The notes beneath the pieces are model-generated. The model was not told where the DNA came from. It was given only the letters and a program-made list of their open reading frames with translations, and made no database searches. Below, piece by piece: positions 38,640 through 50,800 of a DNA stretch of 64,000 nt; within the stretch, counting starts at the first letter, position 1; every line of letters begins with the position of its first letter. Source of the stretch: Laetmonice hystrix (taxonomy: Eukaryota); assembly GCA_965235115.1 (NCBI GenBank), contig OZ249440.1, positions 32,366,001-32,430,000 of the forward strand. The letters are read 5' to 3'. The position numbers and the translations under genes were made by a program.

Positions 38640-41600
38640 ATGCCCAAGACTTTGGCTCCCTATAGAAAGGGCCGAGCAGCTGGCGGAACAGCAGCAGAGA
38701 GAGAAGGAGCCAATGGAGGCTGGGGCGCTCCCCCAGCGGAGATGCTGAGGGCAGCTCAGTCGGCACGACCACTGGTCCCTCAACCGGATCCTCAACCGGA
38801 TCCTCATCCGGATCTGGAGGCGACTGGCAGCCGGCTGCTGGACCGTAAATTATCCGGGGTACAGCAGCAGTTAGGAAACATGGGGAGAGCCCTGGCCGGC
38901 CTGTCGAGGCCAGGCCCGTCGGCATCGTCCACCTTCAGCCGCTTACAGCAGCCGAGGACAAAGATGTCAAAACCACAACGGACACCAGAGGGAGTAATTG
39001 TGTGCTACGCGTGTGGTCAGCCAGGCCATATTGCACGGGAATGTGGCGTGCGGGAAACGCCACTTTGGTCAAGCGGGGTGACACTCGGGCCAGGGTGGCG
39101 TTACCAACAACGTGTGGGCCTCTGAACAGACTAATTGACAGTGGGGCTGCACGTTCTTTGATGGCCAAACGATTTTGGCTTATGTTATGTAAGCATGATG
39201 GGAGAGAGCCGTTGGCCCGCCCAGCCAAAGAGCCACTCGTATCCCTCACCGGACAACATATTAAGGCGGTAGGCACAACCATTGTGAACATTGCAGGGGT
39301 CTACGCGCTGGTGTTTATACAATTTACAATTTGATGCCATTGTGGGGGATGACGTGCTGCGCTAGGCGGGATAATGCATTGATTATGTTAACAAACGAAT
39401 CTGTTTTGGAGGTGTGTGGTATCCAATGCAGCGGCACGGGGGTCTGTGACCACCACCACCCCGCCGTTGCCAGGATAGATAGTTGGGCCGCTGAATTTCA
39501 ACGGGTCATTGGGGAGCACGCTCCACAGCTGGGGTTAGCTGTTGGGGTGGAGATGAACATTGACACACATGGTCAACCTCCCATTAGGCAGCGGCCTTAT
39601 CGGTTGCCGCTGACTAAGCGTCAGGTAGTGGGACGGGAGGCGAAGGCCATGCTGGACAGTGGTGTAATACGCCCCTCTGTTTCACCATGGGCGGCCCCAG
39701 TACGTCTAGTCAGTAAGTTAGATGGAGGGGTGCGGTTCTGCGTCGACTACTGCAAGTTAAACGCCATCACGCAGAAGGATGCCCACCCCCTCCCACAGAT
39801 ACAGGACATCTTCGACACGCTAGGTGGCGCCACCAGCTTCTCTGTTCTTGATATGCGTAGTGCTTACCACCAGGTGGCAGTAGCGGAGGGCGACATTCCC
39901 AAGACGGCATTCGTGACTCACAATGGCCTGTTTGAATTCACCAGGATGCTGTTCGGCCTGACGAATGCACCAGCCATTTTACAGAGGGCTATGCAAGCGG
40001 TGTTAGGTGTTAGGAGCCTGGGGGTTTATACCATGGTCTACTTGGATGATGTCATTATATTCAGCCGAGGAGAAGCGGATCATGAGCAGCATGTGAGTGA
40101 CGTTTTGGCTCGCTTTGACAGGGCGGGGCTTGTGGTCAAGCCAAGTAAGTGCCATTTTAACCAGCAGGAAGTTCCCCTGCTGGGCTACATCGTTTCTGGT
40201 GAGGGCATACGAGCTGACCCGGACAAGGTCGCCGCCATTGACCAGTTACATCCCCCCCAAGTTGGTACCGGAGCGGCGTCGTTTCCTAGGAATGGCCGGG
40301 TACTACCGACAGCTGATACCCGACTATGCAGACCGGTCGGTTCCGCTTAATCAGCTACTAAAAAAGGAGGAGCTGTGGATCTGGGGTGAGGCACAGCAGA
40401 CGTCGTTTGCCGCGTTAAAGGAGGCTCTCACCAGTGCGGAGGTGATGGCTCACCCACAGATGGGGAGCCCTACAAGCTCTTTATGGACGCCAGTCATTAC
40501 ACGGTAGGTGCGATATTAGTGCAAGTTGACAGTAATGGGATCCAACGGCCAGTACATTACATTAGCAAGTTGCACGGCCCGGAGTTAAAGTGGTCTGCCA
40601 TAGAAAAGGAGGCATACGCTATAGTTTATGCATTAAGGAAATTAAGACCATAAGACGGCGCTGACTTTACCATACTAACTGACCACAAGCCATTGAAGTC
40701 ACTGTTTTGGGGGGAGGTTAAAAACACCAAGATACAGCGATGCGCCTCCCTGATCGCCGAATATAATGCACCCATAGAGTACCGGAAAGGAACACATAAC
40801 ATTCGTGCTGATATGGATAAGGATAGAGGAGCCAGCTGAAGTGTGTGCAGTTGACACAACTGAGTGGGTCGCATACGAACAAGACCCACGTGACATGGTT
40901 ATCTGGGGACAAGACGGCTTGGAACGGGACGCGGTGCCGTCGGTGGTGATCCATGATAACGGTAAGGAATTTGACAATAAGCAGGTGAGAGAATGGATCC
41001 AGTCTATGGGCAGGGAGATACACAAGACCACCCCCTATCACACACAAGACCACCCCCTATCACCCGCAAACTAACGGAAAATTTGAGCGATTTCATCGTA
41101 CCCTCAAAGATATGCTGAGGAAGCTTGTCAACAACAATAGTGCATGGTGGGAGGAGGGATTAGCGCAGGCCCTGCCAGCACATCGCCAGGCAGTGTCAGA
41201 GACAACAGGCTTCTCGCCCTACTTTCTGACCTATGGACATCACGCGCGCTACCCGTCACTGGCCCGTGCTGGGTCTAATGACGCACCGGAGGCACGAGGG
41301 GACTATATGGAGTCGGTCGCTGAGGCCCTCCATCAAGCTGCATTAAACACCCAGCGGGCGAAACAAGCTTACCAGCGGGGTGAGGAACAACGAGCGGGAG
41401 CACCACAGTTACACATAGGTGATTACGTGTTACCTAGGGCTCATGAGCGGGCCCCATTAGACTCAAAGTGGGACATGCCAAGGGAAGTCACGCGCGTCCA
41501 GGGCGCTGTGGTGTGGTGCCGGCCTAAGGATGGTGGGCCAGTGAGGTCATATAACCGGGAACATTTAAAGAGGGTGGAACGTGATCTGCCTTGGGACGTG

Positions 41601-41916
41601 ATCAAGCAGAGGGTCACGCGGGCAGCGCGGGCACTAGTTCGCAGTGGGCCAGCTAGGTGGATCATGCGGGCGCCAGCCCACCCAGTCAAGCCAACCTTCT
41701 GGGGAGATGACCTCATCAGGGACACCCCCGGAGATGACCTCATCAGGGGCACCCCTGCCGCTGGTAGAGATGGACATGGACGAGCTGCGCGCGTGCTATA
41801 AACGGAAGGAACGTGAGGTGCCCTGCACACGCCAACAAGCTAAGCGAATGAGACAATCATGTTTCTACGTTGCTACCTTTTGGCAGTTGCGCTCGCGGCC
41901 GGCGGGGCGACAGTAA
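38640..41916 (+). pseudogene. gypsy gag C-terminus and pol (PR, RT, RNase H, integrase), multiply disrupted
   Basis: CYACGQPGHIAREC; LIDSGAARS; RFCVDY, KTAF, FGLTNAP, YLDD; DASH..GA.L, EKEAYA, TDHKPL; HDNGKEF, TGFSPYFLTYG. The integrase HHCC region is deleted. Confidence 0.93.
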
Positions 41917-43277
41917 ATTGAACAATCATTCCCAACGGGGTACTGATTGAGAAGCTTGCTGATGCCCGGCCACTGGAGGCCAAGTGGGGGCAAATTATCA
42001 CCATCAACGCCCTGGCCTGCATTGCGATGGGAGTGTGGGTCGCTGCTGTCCGGCGTGAACTATCACTCCGGGCCACCCTGCTTCGACCGTCGGACCGGGT
42101 CGAGTTCGCTGCCTGGCTGGCAGTGCTTGACCTCCTGGGGGGAAACGCGTGCCCCCAGGCAGGTCGGGTCAGACGGCGGCGAGGGTTGCTTAACATCATT
42201 CGCGACCTGTCATCGGCTCTATTTGGTACGGCAACGCAGGCAGAGGTGGAGAGGGTGAAGGAGGCGCTCGGGGGCAGCACAGGCAGGGCAACAAGCTTTG
42301 TGGCACAACCAAGAGAAAATGGTGAGTGTACTGTGAGTGTGCTGAATACTACCCGTATGTACCTGCAGAGGAACAGGCGGGACATGCTCGTATTACAGAA
42401 TCAAACAGATCAGCTGATTGGAACTTTAAGGAACGTGATGGGCGGGATCAGGGCGCTGGCCGTCTGCGTCAACACATTATACATGGTCCGGGACTTGGAC
42501 CATTGGATTGGGCAGCTGGAGACGATAGCCGCGGGCCACACCCAGCAGAGGGATCAGTACCGTCAGGCAAGGCTACACCTATACGGGGGGCAACTGATGG
42601 AACACATTGCATCCCGGGAGCATTTACGTGAAACCATTAGTGCCTTACAGCGTCATGGGCATGTAATGCCTATCCCATGGTACTATCCGATATACTACTG
42701 TCAAAGTTTTCTCAGACAGGGACAGGCAAGTGGTGGCGTCAGCGGAACTTTGGGCGGGACAAGTCGAACTGTTTCATGTATGGCGGCTGTCGGCTTACCC
42801 GTTGGCCAAGCCTGGAGCCTTGATCACGCTACAGGTGCGCCCCCGGGTTGCCGTCAACGCGAGAAGGACGGAGGCGTTCAAAGTAACCTCCTGCAGGGGG
42901 AACGCCCTTTAATTGTGTGAGGGACGTGTGTGAACCACCCAGTCCTGCGAGTTAGATCTGATAAGCAGCGTAACCCCCCCGGTGTGATCTTCAGGTGGTC
43001 GCGCCTTCAACATCATTGGGGGTATGGTCGCTTAGAGCAGGGCCTATGGCAAGTTTATGATCCCAGTGGCGGCTCTAACCCTCGAGCCTATTTCGCATAC
43101 CTCTGTGTCGGGGGTCCACAGATATTGGCACATGAGGCTCGTGGGTGGGGTTGCAATTTTGTTTGTCACATCATAACTGACGTGGCAGTATTTTCCGGTG
43201 TGTCGGAGAGGGCGCCCAGGCCCGAACGCTCAGTTGCCATCGCCCGTCTTAGCGGCCGCAGTGTTGGAGTAGATTGA
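41859..43277 (+). pseudogene. env-like class I fusion glycoprotein
   Basis: Signal-peptide-like MFLRCYLLAVALAAGG; premature TGA at 41919-41921; furin-type RRRR|GLLNIIRDLSSALFGTAT fusion-peptide-like segment (~42171); heptad-like helix follows. No clear TM anchor remains. Confidence 0.78.
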
Positions 43278-43293
43278 GTGGGCCTCAATCTTT

Positions 43294-43307
43294 AAGGGGG
43301 GGAGGAA
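43294..43307 (+). promoter_or_regulatory. Polypurine tract
   Basis: AAGGGGGGGAGGAA immediately before the TG of the 3' LTR. Confidence 0.88.
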
Positions 43308-43400
43308 TGTTGTGTACCGACATCCCCCCATTCTCCCTCACTGTATACGAACATTTCTTATTAAGAACTATATCTGCTAGTAGTGACATTTACATATTAA

Positions 43401-44523
43401 AGCGATGAGCAACAATCCAGCTACCTTATACCTTCCCATATGCCTTATACAATAAAGAGTTTTGGTGGTGTTCCCGTTGGGACCCGGGATAAAATAGGTT
43501 CCTTTGGTTTTATGGTCTTATAACTCTGTTTTCGCCGTGAATATGGCCCCAGATGCCGACACGGCGCAAAACCACCACTACTCACTCACTCACTATACAA
43601 TAAAGAATAACATCAGCAATAAATGCAGGTCAACAGGTTTCACATAAACGAGAATGCCAACCTTAAACTACGAGTACCCTACCTCTAGCCGAGAATTGAA
43701 TAAGGCGCCATTTTACATCACAATATCACATGGGAGATTGATTCAGCCAATCAAAAATAGTCAGGTCACCCGGAAGTGTGACGTCACCAGAGCCGCGAAC
43801 TTCGACCAGCTGTCAGATCGGGAGAGGATACAAGGAAGGCAGAGAGTCTAGACTGGGACTGAGATTAACCGTGTCATAGGCCTAGAGAACGATCAGCAGG
43901 CCTAACCACACCACTGACTTGGTGCTGATCCTTCGTGAAGATGTCTGCAAGCCTGTCAGCACTGTGCAGCAGCTCCAGGCGAACAGAACGGTATAAATAA
44001 TAGTTTTTAGCCATCATTTCATGCGTTGTAGGGTAAGAGATTTTTCACTATGTTGTCGATCGACCAAATAGTCCGGGAGCCGGGGGGGGGGGGGGTTTCT
44101 TTGCAGTTTCGAGGCATGGGCGAGTGCTGCCCGTTGACTTGACCACCTGACTCGGGCGTCGGGGTGAGTGGGGCATGGAGTCTGGGACAGGGCATGCATG
44201 GGGCATGGAGTCATGTAGTCGACATGGGCCGAGATCACCATGGTCCGAGTTCACCAGTACCCATTATTGTACATAGTGCTGGTGAAGATGGTTGACCAAC
44301 ACGGTGATGGGGAATGGGGTAGGCTCTAGTGACGCCATTTTCATAACGTCTCACAGCAGTGACTGCAGCAAGATGGAGGCAGTTGGGCATATGGTCAACT
44401 GTCAGTTTCTATCGGGGATTCCTTTTAGCACACAGACTTTGTGGGAATTAGGTGGTGGCAGGTAAAAGGCACTATACCATGGTTATCCATGGGTTCTATC
44501 GCTTGTGGCGGTTTCGGATCGCT
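43401..44523. mobile_element. Kolobok-like non-autonomous element in the 3' LTR
   Basis: TTAA duplicated (43397-43400, 44524-44527) at a site that is a single TTAA in the 5' LTR; termini AGCGAT...ATCGCT. Confidence 0.7.
43459..43593 (+). mobile_element. 135-bp bipartite retroposon (LINE 5' head + LINE-type 3' tail)
   Basis: 13-bp TSD TATACAATAAAGA (43446-43458, 43594-43606); head CCCGTTGGGACCCGGGATAAAATAGG resembles 2551-2580; (CACT)n tail; no A/B boxes. Confidence 0.78.
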
Positions 44524-44682
44524 TTAAGGAAATATATAATCATTGCGAACTTTATTATCCATATACGGTATTATGAACTATATCTTTGCTAGTATTAGAC
44601 ATTTACATATTAAGGAACTATATAATCAATTGCGAACTTTATTATTCATATATTATGAACTATCTTTGCTAGCATTAGACTA

Positions 44683-44838
44683 TCTAACCTTGATCTCCAC
44701 CTCACACCATGTCGTACCCACCCATCTTACCTTGATCCCAACCTCACACCATGTCGTACTCACCGATCTAACCTTGATCTCCACCTCACACCATGTCGTA
44801 CCCACCCATCTTACCTTGATCTCCACCTCACACCATGT
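44683..44838. repeat. ~3.7 units of the 42-bp satellite inside the LTR
   Basis: Same unit as 45093-47982. Confidence 0.9.
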
Positions 44839-45092
44839 CAATTGCGAACTTTATTATTCATATATTATGAACTATCTTTGCTAGCATGTTCACCGAGAGT
44901 TAAGAGCAGGTTTTCCTGACGGGATTGGCGTTTGGCCCCCCCCAGGATGTATGTATACCTATTAATTTGTGTAGAAATACAAGCTTATCAAACCACTAGC
45001 AACCGGATCAAGGTATGTTTTCTATTCCTCGTCGCGACCGGGTTTACAACAATCTGTCAATCAAAATGGCACCTGCCAAATCACAGGTGAGC

Positions 45093-47982
45093 TCTTACCT
45101 TGATCTCCACCTCACCCCGCCAGATCATGTAGTATCCACCCATCTCACCTTGATCTCCACCTCACCCCGTGTCGTAACCCACCCATCTTACCTTGATCCC
45201 AACCTCACACCATGTCGTACCCACCGATCTTACCTTGACCTCCACCTCACACCATGTCGTACCCACCCATCTTACCTTGATCTCCACCACACACCATGTC
45301 GTACCCACCCATCTTACCTTGACCTCCACCTCACACCATGTCGTACCCACCCATCTTACCTTGATCTCCACCTCACACCATGTCGTACTCACCGATCTTA
45401 CCTTGACCTCCACCTCACACCATGTCGTACCCACCCATCTTACCTTGACCTCCACCTCACACCATGTCGTAACCCACCCATCTTACCTTGATCCCAACCT
45501 CACACCATGTCGTACCCACCCATCTTACCTTGACCTCCACCTCACACCATGTCGTACCCACCCATCTTACCTTGATCTCCACCTCACACCATGTCGTACC
45601 CACCCATCTTACCTTGACCTCCACCTCACACCATGTCGTAACCCACCCATCTTACCTTGATCCCAACCTCACACCATGTCGTACCCACCCATCTTACCTT
45701 GATCTCCACCTCACACCATGTCGTTCCCACCCATCTTACCTTGATCTCCACCTCACACCATGTCGTACCCACCCATCTTACCTTGATCCCAACCTCACAC
45801 CATGTCGTACCCACCCATCTTACCTTGACCTCCACCTCACACCATGTCGTACCCACCCATCTTACCTTGATCCCAACCTCACACCATGTCGTACCCACCC
45901 ATCTTACCTTGATCTCCACCTCACACCATGTCGTTCCCACCCATCTTACCTTGATCCCAACCTCACACCATGTCGTTCCCACCCATCTCACCTTGATCTC
46001 CACCTCACACCATGTCGTACCCACCGATCTTACCTTGATCTCCACCTCACACCATGTCGTACCCACCTATCTTACCTTGACCTCCACCTCACACCATGTA
46101 CCCACCCATCTTACCTTGACCTCCACCTCACACCATGTCGTACCCACCCATCTTACCTTGACCTCCACCTCACACCATGTCGTAACCCACCCATCTTACC
46201 TTGATCCCAACCTCACACCATGTCGTTCCCACCCATCTTACCTTGATCTCCACCTCACACCATGTCGTTCCCACCCATCTTACCTTGATCTCCACCTCAC
46301 ACCATGTCGTACCCACCGATCTTACCTTGATCTCCACCTCACACCATGTCGTACCCACCTATCTTACCTTGACCTCCACCTCACACCATGTACCCACCCA
46401 TCTTACCTTGACCTCCACCTCACACCATGTCGTACCCACCCATCTTACCTTGACCTCCACCTCACACCATGTCGTAACCCACCCATCTTACCTTGATCCC
46501 AACCTCACACCATGTCGTACCCACCCATCTTACCTTGATCTCCACCTCACACCATGTCGTACCCACCCATCTTACCTTGATCTCCACCTCACACCATGTC
46601 GTAACCCACCGATCTTACCTTGATCTCCACCTCACACCATGTCGTACCCACCCATCTTACCTTGATCCCAACCTCACACCATGTCATACCCACCCATCTT
46701 ACCTTGATCTCCACCTCACACCATGTACCCACCCATCTTACCTTGATCCCAACCTCACACCATGTCATACCCACCCATCTTACCTTGATCTCCACCTCAC
46801 ACCATGTACCCACCCATCTTACCTTGATCCCAACCTCACACCATGTCGTACCCACCCATCTTACCTTGATCTCCACCTCACACCATGTACCCACACATCT
46901 TACCTTGATCCCAACCTCACACCATGTCGTACCCACCCATCTTACCTTGATCTCCACCTCACACCATGTCGTTCCCACCCATCTTACCTTGATCTCCACC
47001 TCACACCATGTCGTACCTTGAAGCCAACCTCACACCATGTCGTAGCCACCCATCTTACCTTGATCTTCACCTCACACCATGTCGTACTCACCCATCTTAC
47101 CTTGATCCCAACCTCACACCATGTCGTACCCACCCATCTTACCTTGATCTCCACCTCACACCATGTCGTACCTTGAAGCCAACCTCACACCATGTCGTTC
47201 CCACCCATCTTACCTTGATCCCAACCTCACACCATATCGTACCCACCGATCTTACCTTGATCTCCACCTCACACCATGTCGTACCCACCGATCTTACCTT
47301 GATCCCAACCTCACACCATGTCGTACCCACCCATTTTACCTTGATCCCAACCTCACACCATGTCGTACCCACCCATCTTACCTTGATCTCCACCTCACAC
47401 CATGTCGTACCCACCCATCTTACCTTGATCTCCACCTCACACCATGTCGTACCCACCCATCTTACCTTGATCCCAACCTCACACCATGTCGTTCCCACCG
47501 ATCTTACCTTGATCTCCACCTCACACCATGTCGTACCCACCGATCTTACCTTGATCTCCACCTCACACCATGTCGTACTCACTCATCTTACCTTGATCTC
47601 CACCTCACATCATGTCGTACTCACCCATCTTACCTTGATCTCCACCTCACATCATGTCGTACCCACCCATCTTACCTTGATCCCAACCTCACACCATGTC
47701 GTACCCACCCATCTTACCTTGATCCCAACCTCACACCATGTCGTACTCACCGATCTAACCTTGATCTCCACCTCACACCATGTCGTACTCACCGATCTAA
47801 CCTTGATCTCCACCACACACCATGTCGTACCCACCCATCTTACCTTGATCTCCACCACACACCATGTCGTACCCACCCATCTTACCTTGATCTCCACCTC
47901 ACCCTGCCAGACCATGTACCCAGCCAACAAAACTTGATATCCATCTCTACCCACCGCACCACGTGTTACCCATTCAGCTTAC
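45093..47982. repeat. 42-bp satellite (~65-70 units) derived from the guanylyl cyclase exon end and splice donor
   Basis: Unit TCTTACCTTGATCTCCACCTCACACCATGTCGTACCCACCCA with 39- and 43-bp variants; longer, more exon-like units at both edges. Confidence 0.96.
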
Positions 47983-48074
47983 CTTGATCTCCATCTCTCC
48001 CCGCCGGACCATGTGGTACCCGCCCAGCCGCTGGAGGGCGCCCTGCGCAGATTCACTGAGGTGAATCTTCAATG
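47983..48074 (-). CDS. Receptor guanylyl cyclase, penultimate coding exon (92 nt)
   Basis: TTTCCCTGCAG acceptor, phase-1 start, LKIHLSESAQGALQRLGGYHMVRRGEMEIK, AAG|GTAAGC donor. KIH.S and RG..E.K|GKG are class III cyclase motifs. Upstream exons not found in the window. Confidence 0.9.
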
Positions 48075-50532
48075 CTGCAGGGAAACAGCGGGCAAGTATG
48101 AATGTACATGTTCTATCATTGAATGTCAGAGAATTGGGGGGTTTTACGCCCTGTGATCAATATTTCAGCCATATTCAGGGCAATATAAACCGGGGAGGTT
48201 CTGTCACTGAAAAGGTGGAAACTAGTAGACTCTAGTGTAAACATTAACCATATTTCTGAAGGATTGATGAAATGTAGCTGATTATAACTAGACATCTATC
48301 AACAGACCCTCGGCCAGCCATCAGAGTATGATACCATACCATAATGGAGTATAATACTATTATAAGCAAATAAATAAAAAATATTCACATTATGTTAACT
48401 ATTAACTTCGTGTTTGTTGGCTATAACATCACACTATATTAGGTTTTTCTTTGCTGGTTGACCTTTGGCATACAGGCCTGGGTGCAAGTCGTTGAATGGC
48501 CATGACGTTACCGTAAAGTGGGGATACTTTGAACACTTTTTAGGGGGAAAACTTCATTGCTTAGAAAAAACAATGTTTTTAGTATCAAAACATGGGGCTT
48601 AGGCATATCTCTCTTTAAAGTAAGTTATTAATTGCTACCCCATGTGCATGATACTTTTTTCAAAACATTTTTGATGTTCAAAGTAATCCCAAAAGTGGAG
48701 CTACTTTGAACACTCACTCTGATAAATCACTGATCAATCTTATGTTCCATAAAGCTTTACTTTCAATAGGTCTTTGTGTTTTAAAAATGGTTTATTAACC
48801 TGATGAGGCAATATGGAAAATTTTAACCTGTAAAAGTGACTGGAAATGAGACACAAAGCAAATGATGCCATTATTGGCAGGGATGATAAATCTGAAATGG
48901 TCGATAGAGGACTAACATATTACCCATAATAAAATATAACGCAGTCACAAAATTGTTGCTTGTCTGAAACACATAATGTAGTTTTAATGACATTGTAGAA
49001 CTTGGCCAAGCGAAAGCACAGGGTTATGACTCTAGAGTCTTTTGAGGCTAGCCTCAAAACACACACTCGTTCTGCCCCGTAACACTTCCTCTAGCCTCAA
49101 AACACTCCCCATGTAGCTTCAAAACACTCCCCTTTTAAAGTGACGTGACCTATGACGTCATAACGATGTCATCCATATTTTCTCAGGGTTATACCTTGTA
49201 AATGGTTGAAGTTAGAGCCATAGTTACTATTAAACTCTAATAGGAAGTAATATGCTCTTTCATTTGGCACCGTTATATATTAGGTCACGTGACCTATGAC
49301 GTAATAACGATGCCATCCATTTCAGGCTAGCCTCAAAACACTTGGACTGTACAATACTGTGGAGTGTTTTAAGGATGGGGAGTGTTTTGGGACTCCTACA
49401 CCATAAATAAGCAATATCAATTCTAAATGTCAACCATTATATGTGAAACTCACAAGACATTGGGCGCCATTGACAGTGGGCGCCATTGACATTGGGCGAC
49501 ATCGTGACATTAGGTGACAGCTGAAATCACAAGTCATAAATATACCTGGTATCACAAGAATATCATACAAATATCGCACTTGGTTGAGTGCAATATGACA
49601 ATTTATGGCACGATGGCAACTGATATTGCACGACGCAAAGCAAGCGGAGTGCAATATCAGTTGCCAGAGTGCCATAAATTTTCATATTGCACGAGTTTCC
49701 GCTTTGCTATCATACGCTGTCCCCCCTCCAGGCAGTTATATTGAACTTACGTTAAGAATGCGTAAGAGCCTATTTGCACGCGGGGGTGAAGACACTTGAC
49801 CTCAGTGAAAAAGTAATATTGACTGGTCAATATTACTTTTTCTGTGCAATATTAGTTTTTATCTCTGATCACGTGACAGGAAACTGACCAATCAGGACAG
49901 AGAAAGTGCGGCAGCCATAAAATAAAAACCTATATCACCTTTACTGCAATACTGACACAATGTCTACATTATGGGTGACATGAATGATCAACTAATGACT
50001 CAAAAATTTGTCTATCGCTAACACTTAAAGTGTATATATTACGACGAGGGTAACTTTGAAAGTTTATCTTTATGGCATAATAATGCATTTCCCCTTAGTT
50101 TAAATCTCTCAATGTGCACACTTTCTATCTCTCAATGTGCACACTTTCTAATAAAAACGCGTGGATATACACAGCCGTCAAATATCGGGCTGATTGACCC
50201 AGTTAATTGACCTTTGAACTCGTGACGTCACGGAAGGTGAAGCCTCGGGCCACTCCCAGCCACACAAGCCTGAGTGAAGGTAATTGTTCACATCTATAGA
50301 ATCGGTTGGAGAGAACTTGCGTGTCATCGGATGATGAACTAAGTGATGTTGGACTTCTGTGTATCGAGGGGATTTTTAGATCCTTTTCGAGATGATCTGG
50401 TGGACAGCTAGGCCGAGAACGAAGGTTCTAGTCTAGGCTAGGCCTAGGCCTAGGCTAGGTTAGCGCCAGTAGCGGCATTTGGAGGGAAACTGGGATCACC
50501 GTTTGATTCAATGAAACTTGTATGTACTAGAT

Positions 50533-50800
50533 AGGCTACAGACTATATAGTAATTGTACAGCCTATTTTAAAAACGGTAGACCTAATGTCTATCTTTACG
50601 ATCTACCATAGACGTGTTCTGTCCAGGGTAAAGTCAGCTTCGGAAAGTCATAGAACAAACTGGTGTCGATCGAAATCGGCCCCCGTTCGCGTTGGATCAG
50701 CCTGCGGTGTTTGCTCAAAATGGACTCGATAGGAAAGTTGGAAAATGAGTCGTTATACTGTGTTAAATAGAAATAGTTACATCCCCACACGTAGCCAAAG
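50533..50800 (+). repeat. Third partial copy of 51495-51780
   Basis: Same sequence with a 16-bp deletion (AGTAATCGGAAATGAG). Confidence 0.9.

Larger units (their letters stand above)
36446..45051 (+). mobile_element. Ty3/gypsy LTR retroelement with env-like third ORF, degenerate
   Basis: Order LTR-PBS-gag-PR-RT-RH-IN-env-PPT-LTR; both LTRs begin TGTTGTGTACCGACAT and end ACAACA. No matching TSD. Confidence 0.9.
43308..45051 (+). repeat. 3' LTR with nested insertions
   Basis: Matches the 5' LTR at 43308-43400, 44524-44680, 44839-44887 and ~44970-45051. Confidence 0.85.

Noticed and set aside
43459..43578. GTTTTGGTGGTG is the exact non-reversed complement of the tail CAAAACCACCAC
   Set aside because: Only 12 low-complexity bases and no known mechanism; probably chance.
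36441..45056. Target-site duplication of the gypsy element
   Set aside because: The flanks CATAA and ATCTG do not match; the element may be recombinant or have rearranged flanks.
45015..47987. His/Thr-rich long ORFs ([14 protein letters not shown])n and their antisense frames
   Set aside because: They result from a stop-free 42-bp unit; frames shift at every 43-bp variant and are open on both strands.
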